From the NCBI GenBank assembly GCA_043228905.1, contig JBHGNT010000015.1, positions 4,464,001 to 4,528,000 on the forward strand: 64,000 nt of DNA, given 5' to 3'. The DNA is from Azolla caroliniana. Lineage: Eukaryota > Plantae > Polypodiophyta. The position numbers and the translations under genes are program-made. Every line of letters begins with the position of its first letter. Position 1 is the first letter of the stretch. The notes under the pieces are model-generated. The model saw nothing but the letters and a program-made list of their open reading frames with translations, was not told the origin of the DNA and searched no databases. Below are positions 52,086 to 64,000 of the stretch, one piece after another.

Positions 52086-55000
52086 ATGCCACGGTCATTT
52101 TCTGGTCTACCAACAGAAGATGTATTGGCTTGGTTAGATCACTTTGATAATGTTGTCGGCTATTATCAATGGAGTGATGATAGAAAAGCCCTCGAACTGC
52201 ACACAATATTGGAAAATGGAAAATGGAAAATGGAAAATGTCATAACAACCTGGTTTATTCAACAACCAGAAGAAGTAAAACAAGATTGGTCATACCTACG
52301 CGAACAACTGGTCCAACACTTCGCCAATAACGACATAATGCAAACAACCCTACAACAATTAGGTAACATGCATCAAAAAACACATGAACCAATAGCACAT
52401 TTTGCAGTCAAATTAAAACAACTATTACTAAGAGTAGATCCAAACATGAAAGAGACTATGAAGTTGTATTTCTTGCTACCAAGGCTGAGACACGACATCT
52501 ACAGGAGAGTAAAAGATCAGGGGCCGACCACATTCCAAATGGCTGTATAGATCGCTCAACGTATAAAAGCACCTGACTACATGGAATTGCCACAAGCACC
52601 TACAACGCCACAAACTTGTTCGTGTTCACAAGTGGAAGGATCACGCACAAATGGAAGGATAAGGAATATTCCATTTGATTTTGGGGCATTTTTGGCCATT
52701 TCACAAAACACCTTGATACCAGTATCAAATGTTCTCAAAAACTTGATGAAAAAGTTGAAAATTACCCCATTTGGTAAAATTGGAAAATGTTGAAATTTTG
52801 CCAAATACGAAAAGTAACTTTGTGTATTTTTAAGGAAAAATGACAACTAATAATTTTTTAGATCTTAAAGAAATCAAAAGCGAAAGATTTCAAAATAATT
52901 AGCTTTTGTATATCATTGAATAAAATGATGTCTAAATCTGTTACATATCGTTGCACAAAATATACATTCAGGACTTATTTGCATCAGTGTGATCATTCCT
53001 TTCATGAGAATCACTATTATAGCTAATATATAATTGTGACTCTTCCTCCTCATTTTCAAATGTACCAATCAAAGCATTGTCATCATCTAAAACCAAATGG
53101 TGTCTCCAAATTATGTGCACTAAATCTTCTTCGCCTTTAATCCTCCGATCCACCTTCTAGACTTGGTAATTTCTCTTTTATTATTTCTATTGTTGACATC
53201 CTTAAACGTCCAACTTTTGTTAGTGTAAATTCATACACAATGATTACCATCAACACAATTATTTTAAAAACTGAGATTTTAGTACAATTCAATACAATGT
53301 AACGAATTCAGATTGCAATACAATTCAATACTCAGGTTCAATGTGTTTTCATCACAATTCGATTCTTAGTATTGAATTCACGTTCAAAGTTTTTACTTTC
53401 TTTAATTATAGTTTTTTTTGCAAAAAGAAACTCTAAACCTAAATTCGATACTAAGTATTGAATTGTGATGCAAACGGGATGTTTTCATCACAATTCGAAA
53501 CTAAGCATCGAGTTGAGGTTTTTTTTTTTGAAAAAAAAACACCATCACAACTCGATACTTGGTATCGAGTTGAGTTTTTTTTTTTTGAAAAAAGCAAAAC
53601 AAAACCTCAACTTGATACTAAGTATTGAATTGTGATGAAAACATGTTGTTTTCATCACAATTCGATACTTACGAAAATAAATAAATAAATACTTTAAACC
53701 TGAACTCGAGACCACTTTTTTCTACATCCCCTTCTTGTCTGTCTATGCACAAAAAAATAATCCATCCCAATAGATGGATAGAAAATATAAAGCTACTTGA
53801 ATTTAATGGAATCGGTAATGAATCCGCCGACAGAAATGTACATTCATCTAGCGGTTAGTAGGGTAGGAATCATTAAGACACCGAGTGCAAAGGTTTCCTC
53901 AGGCTGGACTAAGTATCAAATTATAATGAAAACACCCTATTTTCATCAAATTTGATACTTAGTATCGAATTTAGGTTAATTTTTTTTTTGTCTCAAAAAA
54001 CAAAAATAAAATAAATAAAAAATTTAAACCTAAATTCAATACTAAGAATCAATTTGTGATGAAAAGACTTTGAACCTGAGTATCGAATTGTATTGAAATC
54101 TTTGTTTTTAAAATAATTGGATGGTAATAATTGTGTATGACTTTACACAGACAAAAGTTGGATGAACAAGTGCGTTTCATTCACATGAGGATTAAAGCCA
54201 TAACGTTTTCACCATGCATCACATGAACCAATTGCTCCATTAGCTGGTGAACTTAAAGAGCTTATTGATTTTGACGACGAGCTAGTAGAGGACCCTACCA
54301 TTGCCAGCCTATGTGGAGTAGATACTACTGCACAATTTTGGGAGGAGCGTTCTCAAAAGGAAGAAGAGGAGTGCAATGTGGATACCCTAATAACTATGTG
54401 ATATGTTCCAATGATATATTAATGTTTACATCTAGGTTTGACAGTTCATGAACATTGTCTACATTTTTGGAGTTTTGAATTTATGGATGTTGATGAGCAC
54501 GAAATTTATAGATGTTGATGACACTTTCGGAACCTACATCTCTTCAAGATGGTGAAACCATTAACCTTAACTTGTGATTTGAGTTAACCATTGTGATTTT
54601 CCTTAAGTTAACTACATTTCATATCAGTAGACCTTCAACGTTTAAACATTTATCGAAAAACTATTGAATTTTAGAAGTGATCATTTTGACACTTGTTAAA
54701 TCTCAAAAAATCTGCAGAATTTATATGTTATTTACGACATGTGATACTAGTGTATCAACTTTTTGAAATTGCCTAAAATCGCAAGATTATAAAAGAAATC
54801 TAATAATGGAATGCACGATCCTTCCACTTCTGAATGCGAACGTGTTCACAACACAACCATCAGAAGCATCAAGTCGAACCCACAACATGCCCGATGGATA
54901 TTGACATACAAAATGTTGCAGCATGCCATACCCACAACATACTCTCCTCCGATGCGAATGACAACTAGAATTCAGGGCACTGGCAAATACCACTACGACC

Positions 55001-55305
55001 TAAAGATAAACACAAGACAACATTTAGAACACAACACGGCTTATACCAATCCAAGAGGATGCCCTTCGAATTATTAGATGCAGGCAACACATTCCAAAGA
55101 ATGGCGAACACCATTTTTCAGGACCTAATCCATAAAGGGGTCATATTGGTCTATCTCGATGATATACTGATGCACACTGTTGAGTGTTCGCAACATATTC
55201 AAGTCCTAAAAGAAGTCCTCCTACGCATACAACAATATAACCTACAACTACAGTTTAAGAAGTGTAAATGGGTAGCAACAAAATTACGATTTTTAGGATT
55301 CTTGG
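52086..55305 (+). pseudogene. gypsy gag and RT remnant interrupted by the TIR element
   Basis: Gag PRSFSG..EDVLAWLDHF, resuming after 54850 with CPMDID; RT MPFEL...VYLDDIL...FKKCKW at 55059-55305. Confidence 0.75.
52613..54846. mobile_element. complete non-autonomous TIR transposon, a deletion derivative of the methyltransferase/transposase element
   Basis: TIRs AACTTGTTCGTGTTCACAAGTGGAAGGATC and GATCCTTCCACTTCTGAATGCGAACGTGTT; 4-bp TSD CACA at 52609-52612 and 54847-54850; contains transposase 3' region (to ~53250) and methyltransferase C-terminus (54176-54392). Confidence 0.9.
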
Positions 55306-55606
55306 TTGTTAGGTATATGTCCCTCCTATGGGAGGAGCCGATAGTTTGGCTAAGTAAGAGCTGTCAATCGAAGACAAGGGGTAGCCGACTGTTCAAGCCG
55401 AGATCCGACAATCGAACACACAAAGAGTCGACTGAGGGGGAAGATAGGGAACAAGAATCTCCCAGATGTGCGATTGGGTGTTTCTGAACCATAGTTGGTT
55501 AGGTGGGGGTTGTATAGATCGTTCAAATAGTGTAGTCGTCCAAGGCATCCTTCACTTCCCATCTCTTCCTATTTTAAAAGGGGTTATTGCCGTATTCGGG
55601 CATCTT

Positions 55607-58563
55607 CTATTTCCCTTTGTCATGGCACGTTAATCTCCTCTTAGGTGACATCACAACCAACTTGTTCTCACTTGTCGGTTGTTTGTTTTGGCTCGGCTCC
55701 TCTTGCGGCCCACTTAGCCAAAATGAGATCAGACACTCTTCTTGAGTTCCGATGTCTTCCTTGAACAAGTTGGCATTGTTGTCCTCATCATCAGAGTTTG
55801 ACATTGAGCTCACAAGAGGTGAATACCATAGGGCATCTTCGTCAGAGACAATGTTTCGACTCACACGTACCTCTTGGGTTCAGGGGTTGTAGCACTTATA
55901 CCCCTTCTATTCATGTGAGTAGCCGATTAGTATGCACTTTTTAGCTTTTGAGTCAAGCTTCTTCCTTTTCTCTTTTGGCACATGTACATATGTTATGTTG
56001 TCGAAGACCTGTATGTGTGCCATATTTAGCTTACACTCGAAATATGCCTCATGTGGAGATACTTGTGCTCCACCTACCGATGTCTGATTCAAGAAATACA
56101 TAGATGTGTTGACCACTTCAGCCCAATGGTTTTTCGACCTATGCTTTTCCTCCAACATTTCCTGCGCAACTTCAACTATCATCTGAATCTTCCTTTTTGC
56201 TACGCCATTTTGTTGTGGCGTGCATCTGCATGAGAATTCTCTCTGGATCCCTTCCTTCTCCAGATATTTGGTGAATTGGCTGAAAAAGTACTCCTTCCCA
56301 CCATCGAATGGCAGACACTTGATCTTCTTGTCGGTTTCCCTTTCAATCAAGTTCTTCAACTTCAAGAAACAAGGGAAGACTTCGCTCCTCTTCTCTACGG
56401 CCAAAATCCATGTGTGCCTTGAGAAGTTGTTGATGAAGGAGACAAAATATTGGCTACCACCTAGGCTCACATTTTGTGCAGGGTCCCATACGTCTGAATA
56501 GATCAAATTGAGCTTGTTGTTGCTCTGATTTCATTCATTGGGGAATGGAAGCTGATGTTGCTTTTCGAGTTGACATGCCTCACAATTTTGGTCTTTTCGG
56601 CCACTAAATTCGGCAAGCTGAAAACAAGTTGCTTCAATTGCATGTCTTGAAGCCTCAAGAAGTTGATGTGGCCAAGCTGATTATGCCACAATCGATGTCC
56701 AAATCGACTTTTTGTCCTTTGGTGTACACGGCAATGTCGACATCATTTGTATCAAGGATGAACATCCTCCCTTGTTTGCATCTGTGCGCAATTAGCCGAT
56801 TGCCATCTTCAATGAAGCACCCCTCCTGATTGAATCGTACTTGCATGCCATGGTCGACAATCTGTCCGATTGACACCAAATTCTTGGTGATTGTCGGCAC
56901 ATGCAAGACATTCTTCATGTACCCTCTCTGACCAACATGACTCAGAGGAACATCTCCGATATGCTCAATGGTGTGGACGGTGTCGTCGGCTCTGGTTTTC
57001 ATAAACTTGTGAACCATGCTTGATGGTTTATCCTATGATTGGACGATCTTGAGTCGACATACCACACATCTTCTTGTGTTGAGGTGATTGCTTCCATTGA
57101 TTTGGCGCTATGCTTCATCGCAAATAGGGGGTCGCCTCCCGATTGTCCTGTACTACAGACGTAGTGCGACCTTTGTCGGCTACCTGATTCAGCTCTACTT
57201 GATTTAGCTCTGTCTGGATCGGCCTGCTTCTTCAAGCATTCATATTCTTTGTGGCCTTTCATGCCACAATACTAGCAGTCGGTCGACTTACTCTGCCGAC
57301 TCTTGTCACCACTATGACCCCCCCTTCTTGTGGAGGGTCCTTGATTGTTGTCGTCCCGTGCCTTCAACATTTGCTTGTTTCGGTCACCATTGGTGTTAGT
57401 CGATCCATCTCTTCTACCACAACCATGGGGACTACCCGCCTCCATATACAACATCTGGCTGTCTGAGGACGCACTCCTTGTCGTCCGTACGTGGTTTTCT
57501 TCAACCATCAATATCGATTGTAGGTCAAAGAATGAGGGTGGCTTCTCCCTCGTGCATATTGCCATTTTGATCGGCCCGTACCTTTGTGCTAAACCTCCAA
57601 GGGAGATATGCACCATCTCCTCTTTGTCCACCATCACGTTGATGGATCCCAAAGCATCACATATCTCTTTTATCTTTGTGGTATAGTCGATCACCGTCAT
57701 ATCCTTCTAGCGGATATTGTTGAGCTCCTGCGTGAGTTGCAACTTGCGGGTTGTGGTACTTGTGGTAAAAATATTCTTCAAATTTTCCCAAGCCTCCTTC
57801 GGTGTCTTTGCATCTCTGATGTAGCCCCTCATTTGATCTTGCACACAAGACGCTAGGTAGTACATCACCTAGCTAGCTGCCCACTCCCATGCTAGGAAGT
57901 TCTTGTGTGTTGGCTTTGATGCTACTTCATTTACTCCATCTATATAACTCGAGTAACCATGACCAAGCAAGTACTGGTGCATCTTGTACTCCCAAGACAC
58001 GTAGTTGCTTCACTCAAGCTTTTCTGTTGGGAATGCACTTCCCATGTTCTTGTCCATTTTTGTTGTAACTTGATTTGTCTATGGTGTCTTGGCTCGTATC
58101 TTCACAGAGGTTGGTTGCAGAGGATTAGTTTGAACCCTCGCACTTTGATACCATGTAAAGAAGCACACTTGCCTTTTGTAGTGGAAGCGTATTAAAACAC
58201 AACCAGCTCTGTCGAATAGAGATATACAATAGAACAAAAGGAACTTATTACAGATACAATAGAGATGAAGATTAACAGAGATTAGTTTTTCACCAAAAAC
58301 AACATAGTTTCTATTCCAAAGACAGTTGCTTACTACAATCACCTGACAACACGCTTAGAGAGAATCTTTTATACAAAGCCCTTATTCCTCTTGACATAAG
58401 TAGTGGGCGGACACAAGTCATTCACCTCATTCATGAGCTTTGACATATAGCTGACCTATATTATTCCTATGATAAGCATAGTGAACTAGTAATATGTGGT
58501 CTAGGTTCTATCGGCCTTTGACCCTTTCAGTCTTTCGGCCTTGATTGAGCTTGCATGTCAACA
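55607..58563 (-). mobile_element. decayed copia element, 5' half (LTR 58154-58563, PBS, gag, protease, integrase)
   Basis: PBS TGGTATCAAAG at 58153-58143; gag SWEYKMHQYL; VWYVDS; YSDVWDP, FDGGKEY, PQQNGVA. Same family type as 1-4427 and 6494-8566. Confidence 0.88.
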
Positions 58564-58859
58564 CTGAAGATAGACTTGCCACAGGGGAAGACACAAGAGA
58601 AGATATTATCCTTCAAAGCATACCCTAGAAAGTCACGACTGAAATGAACACATGGCTTTGCTCTTCCCCTATAAATCGTCAAAATATGGGAGACCCTCTC
58701 CAAGTTGGATGCATTGAAGGCACTGTAACCCTCTACAAAAATGCCAACAATTGTGTATTACTAGTGAAAGGAACCCTTTCTTCTAAATATGTTGCTCCAT
58801 GCAACAGGGATGGCCACTTGCTCCATCCCTATTTCTAATATACGTGGTCTAGCTTTCTC

Positions 58860-59700
58860 AACTCGTAGAATATAAACCTACGTGGTCTTCTTGTGCCGTA
58901 CTCTCACAAATGCCTCCTAGATATAGAATTTGCAAATGACACCACATGCTACATGCAAGAGGACGTGGAGAATCTAAAAACACTAGAAAGTGGACTATCC
59001 TTGTTTTGCAAGAGATTAAACGCCATGATAAATTGGCATAAATCATGTGCAATATGGGTCTCTAATGAATCACATCCATCCTGGCGCCCACATCCAAGTT
59101 TCACATGGATCAACTAAGGAGCGAGCATCAAGAATTAGGTATTTGGGGTTAACGTTCCTCTTGAGAAGATGATTGCACCAATTATTCACTCCATTCAAGG
59201 AAAGTTGATACATTTAAGCTCGAAAAGCCTCTCACTATCAGGAGGCATCATAGTGACGAATCATGCATTATTTGCAACATCATGGTACTACCTATCATAT
59301 TGACGATCTCCATAGGAAGTATACATCATATTCAACGACTAGTATACAATAACATTTGGTTTGGTAAAGAAAATCATGCAACTCAAGGTGGTGTGGCATG
59401 TTCTCACATCACCCAAGTTGAGAGGAAGGATGGGTCTGACTGATCCCCTCTCACAATTTGTGGTGCGAAGACTCCAACCAGGGGATGGTTGTTGGAAAAT
59501 GCTGTTAAGACTATGCTTCACTTACTTTAAGTCATAGACAAACGCTAATTGGGCCCTTCTCATGGGGTGGATTCTAAACATGGATCTCAAACCAAGGTTC
59601 TCATGCCAATTGGAAGACAAATTCGGTGCATCCACGTGGAAGGTGTGGTGTGACATAAGACGAGGGCTTAAGTGTGGAGAGCCTAAGTCCGAACCTGACT
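58860..59700 (+). mobile_element. LINE (L1/Tx1-like) RT fragment
   Basis: EFANDTTCY (FADD-like), SGLSLFC..AMINWHKS, later GRMGL.DP. Confidence 0.6.
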
Positions 59701-59714
59701 AGCACAATCAACGT

Positions 59715-60563
59715 TGTCGTAAAGAATGTGCTTCACGATATAAAAATGAACTTACCCACACCCTTATATACGAAGTACAATATGCATACCCCTAGGCTAG
59801 GCTATTTATTTTTAAAGGTATTGTAAAGAATATGCTTCATGATATAAGAATAAAGCTAAATGTTGTATGGAGTAAAATTGAGAGACTTGAACCCTCAACC
59901 TTGTATACCAAGCACAAGGTATACACCACTAAGCTAGGCTATTTGTTTTAAAAAGTATATTTCCATCATTGTACTTATCCTATATCTATTTTCATACATG
60001 AGAGCTCAAATGAGCATGATGGCTAGCATGCATCACATGTAATGCATGTACGCCATATGGCGATCATGCATCACATGAAAGTCATGCATTGCATGCATGC
60101 CATCCTCCCACACATTACCATATGCATGACAATACTTATATAAAGAGGGGCTAGGAAAACAAGAGGGTAATCAATCAAGAGAAAGTGAGAGAAATAATAT
60201 GATAAAAGAAACAAATTAGCTCATTTGGGAAGAGGTTTGTGGTTCGAAGCTGGAGTCAAGGGTTCAAATCTAGAATTCAACGAAAGAAAAGTCGCATCTT
60301 GTGATCAACATTGTAACTTTGGTAAAATATTGTGTTGTTAATATAAAGCTTGTTCTTATAATACATTTTCACTTCTTAAATCATACACTGTCTCTTATCT
60401 CTTATCTATGCTCATCTGTCTCTCACACATTACTTCTAACTCTTGTTCTTCCTATCCTTAATCTTTCTAACATTGTTGCACAAGCCTTATAAAATATATA
60501 GCCAACTCCTTTTAACCTTAGTCTTTGCGACTTTGCTGCACGAACCACAACTACCCTGTCACA
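59715..60563 (+). mobile_element. 5' LTR of a gypsy element, followed by a tRNA-Trp-type PBS (60566-60582)
   Basis: TGTCGT...GTCACA, then TGGTGAACCCGATGTGA, complementary to the plant tRNA-Trp 3' end as I recall it (one mismatch). Confidence 0.75.
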
Positions 60564-60679
60564 TTTGGTGAACCCGATGTGAAGGCGGCGACAAGGAGAA
60601 GTGGAGGAGCAAATGAGGCTTATGTGTACGATGATGGAATGAGTGATTCGAGAGCAAGGGATGATGACAAGCATTGACA

Positions 60680-63227
60680 AAGCCGTCGACAATATTCTTG
60701 CACGAGTAGGAATCTTCGAAGGTATAAAATTTTAACAAGATTTCTGAAGATTTACAATGAAGAAATGCTTAAACGTGGTGTCAACGAAGTTGCAAAAATT
60801 AATAGCTTTAGTCGAGTCGTTGCGCAATGGGCTACAAGAGAGGATCCAAGAGCTACAGAGGGAGCATCATACATGGGCGACTTTAGAAAGAGCATTATTG
60901 AATGAATACAACCTCAACGATATGTCAAGGATGACAAGGCAAGCTTTCATGGATTGGGTAGAGTTTGATAAACAATTATGTGTTTTGGAAGTGTTAAAAG
61001 AGTTTACAGAAAGATTTGAGCAATTAAATGTTAGGAATAGAAACATAATAATGCCAGATAAAATAATATTGTTTCTACAAGCTACTAATATTAAAGACAG
61101 GAAGGACTTGGGAATGCTTCTAGAAGATCAGAATAGTCTGAATGGACTTACCGAAGACTGGGAGGAGGTGAAAAGGGCTTGCGCCCATTTCTGTAAAAGA
61201 AAGTTATGGTTTATGGAGCTGCCGGAGAGGAAGGGAGACGAAACAGGAAACGACCCGGGAGAGAAGAAAATAGAAGATTCACTCTTGCATGAGTTGGTGA
61301 AAGGCATGAAGCTAGAATCGGGACAAAGCTCAACTTCGTCAAGGAAAGGAGGTGGAATGGTTTGAAGGTGTATGTGGTGTGACAGTATCGACCATCAGAA
61401 GAAAGACTGTCAAGAACATAGGGATGCTCTTAATCATGATAAAATCTATTATCAAGATGGTAAGATTCACTCGATAGAGACTCAACAACCACTTCAACTC
61501 AACTTTGAGCAAGGTGGAATGAAAAAGCTAATGGAAGATGCCGAGAGAGAAACAACTCAAGTGATACAATCCGTCACAACGTTGTCGTAGTGTATTTCGT
61601 ACACTACGTGAAAAAGTAAAAATAATATAAATGATTTAATTACATATAAATAAATAAAATAATATATCAAGATATTTATCACGTGCATAGGGCAGGATTT
61701 GAACCCTGTACCTCCACGTAGCCAAACCTCAACTTTACCATTATGCTACCTTATCTTTAGTGTTCTATAAATAGATTTAATAACTATAAGTGCTTTATTT
61801 GCGCCTACCTTTATTAAAAGGTAAATCATGTATTTTTAGAGTGCGTGAATATTTTATAGAAAAACGCAAGCGACTAAAAAGTGACTCATGCACATCTAGC
61901 GTGCATGAGCACTATATTTAGCAAATAAAAGCAAGGATTAGAAAAGCATCACATGCACATTTAGTGTGCATGAACATATTAGAAAAAAAAGCATGTAGCT
62001 ATGATTAGTCTCTCCCATCACTACATAAGGATGGGGAGCACAATGTAATAGGTGTGTGAAAAATATTTGGGAAATTGGATATATTTCCTAAAACACCAAC
62101 AATCAATAAAATATACTCGTGGGATTCACGAAGTTTAAGATAATCTATCTCTTTCAATCTAAATTCATATTCTTACATAAATATTGATTAATGTAATACT
62201 TGTGGGATTCACAAGGTTTGATCTCTTTTCTCAATCTACTCTAATCTATTCTAAATTATTTCAATTTATTACTACGATTTAGATAAACTAAAACAATTAT
62301 ACTTGTGGGATTCACAAGTTTCTATATCTCTTTCTTATAATCTATTCATATTCATAACTAGATTAGCCTCAAATTCTTCCTCCTCCTAGTCCAAAACCTC
62401 GGCGGTTCCCACCCGACTCACGCAACGATCCGGAGCCGAAAGGCACGACAACGTTAGGGTTGCTTGTAGAAGACTCATATGGTGGATCTAGCTTTTGGCA
62501 AGATGTGATGGATTATGCAAGAAAAGGGAAGGTTCGAGTGGATGAATTAATAAGAGCAAGAGATGAAATACGAAACTTCACTGGATGGAATGATCCAGTA
62601 GACACACTATCAGCATTCGCCCAAGTGAATGCACTAGAGGTACTAGTGGAAGAGAAGCGAAAGAGAATTGAGGAGGCTGATCCGGTAAAGAAACATGAGA
62701 CATGAGAACAAAAGAGAAGGGATATGGAAAAGGGTGCTCCTGAGAGAAAGGAAGTTGATAGAGTAAAAGGGAAGACAAACCCATGTTTCAAGCTTGCTTC
62801 AGACATAGAAACAACGATGGACATAAAAAAGGTACTAGAAATAAGAATATTAAATAGTAAGGTAGAATTTACTTTAAGAGAAGTGTTGGGTATAGCAAAG
62901 AAAGAATTTCATGAAGTTATCATAGATATTATTAGAAGAAAGAGATATGTGATGGAGGAAGTTACGGAAGGGTGTGCAGCAACACTTCAAGATTTGTATG
63001 GTGGCACCATTAATGCTGTAAGTGTAAAAACTAGAAATGATGTTGGGGTTCATGAAGAAGATAGGAGTCACTATACAAGGGACCATTGGGCTCGAGCAAC
63101 AACGGAGGCACCTGCAGAAATTGGGGAGCAACAAATTCCATGCATTGCTTTGATCAATCATGGATCCGAGATTTACATGATGTCATCGGAATTTTACGCT
63201 CAAGGATGGTGGCCTATTAAGAATTAG
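60680..63227 (+). pseudogene. decayed gypsy gag-protease, related to 4428-5800
   Basis: MWCDSIDHQKKDC, FKLASDIE...LREVLGIAKKEFHE, HYTRDHWARATT, ALINHGSEI; split by a solo LTR. Confidence 0.85.
61583..62450 (+). mobile_element. solo LTR with 4-bp TSD
   Basis: TGTCGT...ACGACA termini, flanked by ACGT on both sides; removing it restores gag frame S-V-T-T-L-G-L-L-V-E-D. Confidence 0.85.
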
Positions 63228-64000
63228 GTAATTAACTACGGGTTAATTAGTACCTAATTATGTGATTAGTTGATAAGCGGAAGATTAAGTGATATGTGTG
63301 TGTATGTGTGTGAGAGGAAGTTACACTTATGAACAACACAAGATGGGGGATGAGTAACTATATTAAATTAGCATTATCATCATCAAATACAAAAATACCC
63401 ACAATGAGGTATATATACATTTCATGTGCAAGGGTGCACATGTGTGAGGATAATATAGGTACAAAAGTGTAAGTCCTATATTAAATGTACTTAGGGGTGG
63501 AAGATCTAGACTATCTCACTTAAGTACAAGGTCCTATTTAAGGTGTTATAGTCAACACTTCTAACTAGATTCTATCTAGGTAACTACGAAGTTAGATGGT
63601 TGACTAACTAACTAAACTAAGTTGAAAAGAGTGGCGTGCGGAAGCAATATAGGAAACCGAACAACAGAAAACGCAAGTTTAATGGAAAGCTTAGGTTTGC
63701 ACAATACGCACAGGAGAGACAGAGAAAGAGTAAAAACTGAACTATATTCAAAATAATACTCAATCTGTATATCGTGTGTGTTCAATGAACACTTTTATAC
63801 AAGTCCTTTTCGGACTGACAGAAGTACTGACAGTACTTCAATGCTCATTAAGGAGCCCCTACACTAACTCCCAAATATATTCCTTGTGGAATATCTTTCC
63901 GATGGCCTCACGGTTTCTGCACCGATCTGGCCTTCCTACGCACCGGTCTACGTACCGGTAGCGATCCGGCCTAACCAATCCGGTCCTCGGCTTGCTCAGC
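63215..64000. mobile_element. probable further LTR insertion running off the window
   Basis: Abrupt end of protease homology, then AT-rich LTR-like sequence; termini cannot be checked. Confidence 0.35.

Noticed and set aside
61690-61750. Possible tRNA gene
   Set aside because: A and B boxes are present but I cannot fold a convincing cloverleaf; reported as a tRNA-like module.
62110-62320. Three GTGGGATTCAC repeats resembling reverse USE cores
   Set aside because: Internal LTR repeats with no matching TATA or gene geometry.
1-64000. U5 and U6 genes completing the snRNA set
   Set aside because: I did not find U5 loop I (GCCTTTTAC) or U6 ACAGAGAAGATTAGC on either strand by eye; an Infernal scan is needed to exclude them.

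Overview
AT-rich, transposon-dense land-plant genomic DNA, probably a moss or other non-seed plant (inferred from the element families and snRNA sequences). I see no ordinary host protein-coding gene. It contains: (1) nested LTR retrotransposons, including one Ty1/copia with an intact gag-pol ORF, several decayed copia and gypsy copies, solo LTRs with target-site duplications (TSDs), and LINE fragments; (2) a dispersed spliceosomal snRNA cluster (three full U2, one U1, one U4, plus U1 and U2 pseudogenes), with six promoters sharing a USE-23 nt-TATA geometry; (3) a DNA transposon family with ~30-bp terminal inverted repeats (TIRs) and a 4-bp TSD that encodes a Sola-like DDD transposase and, divergently, an intron-containing prokaryote-type beta-class N6A/N4C DNA methyltransferase (DIPY...DLFSGTGTT). 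The ORF track misses the methyltransferase because introns, stops and an internal inversion break it up. A TIR/TSD-bounded deletion derivative at 52.6-54.8 kb carries the 3' ends of both genes, linking them as one element. All family assignments are from motif recognition by eye, not database searches.
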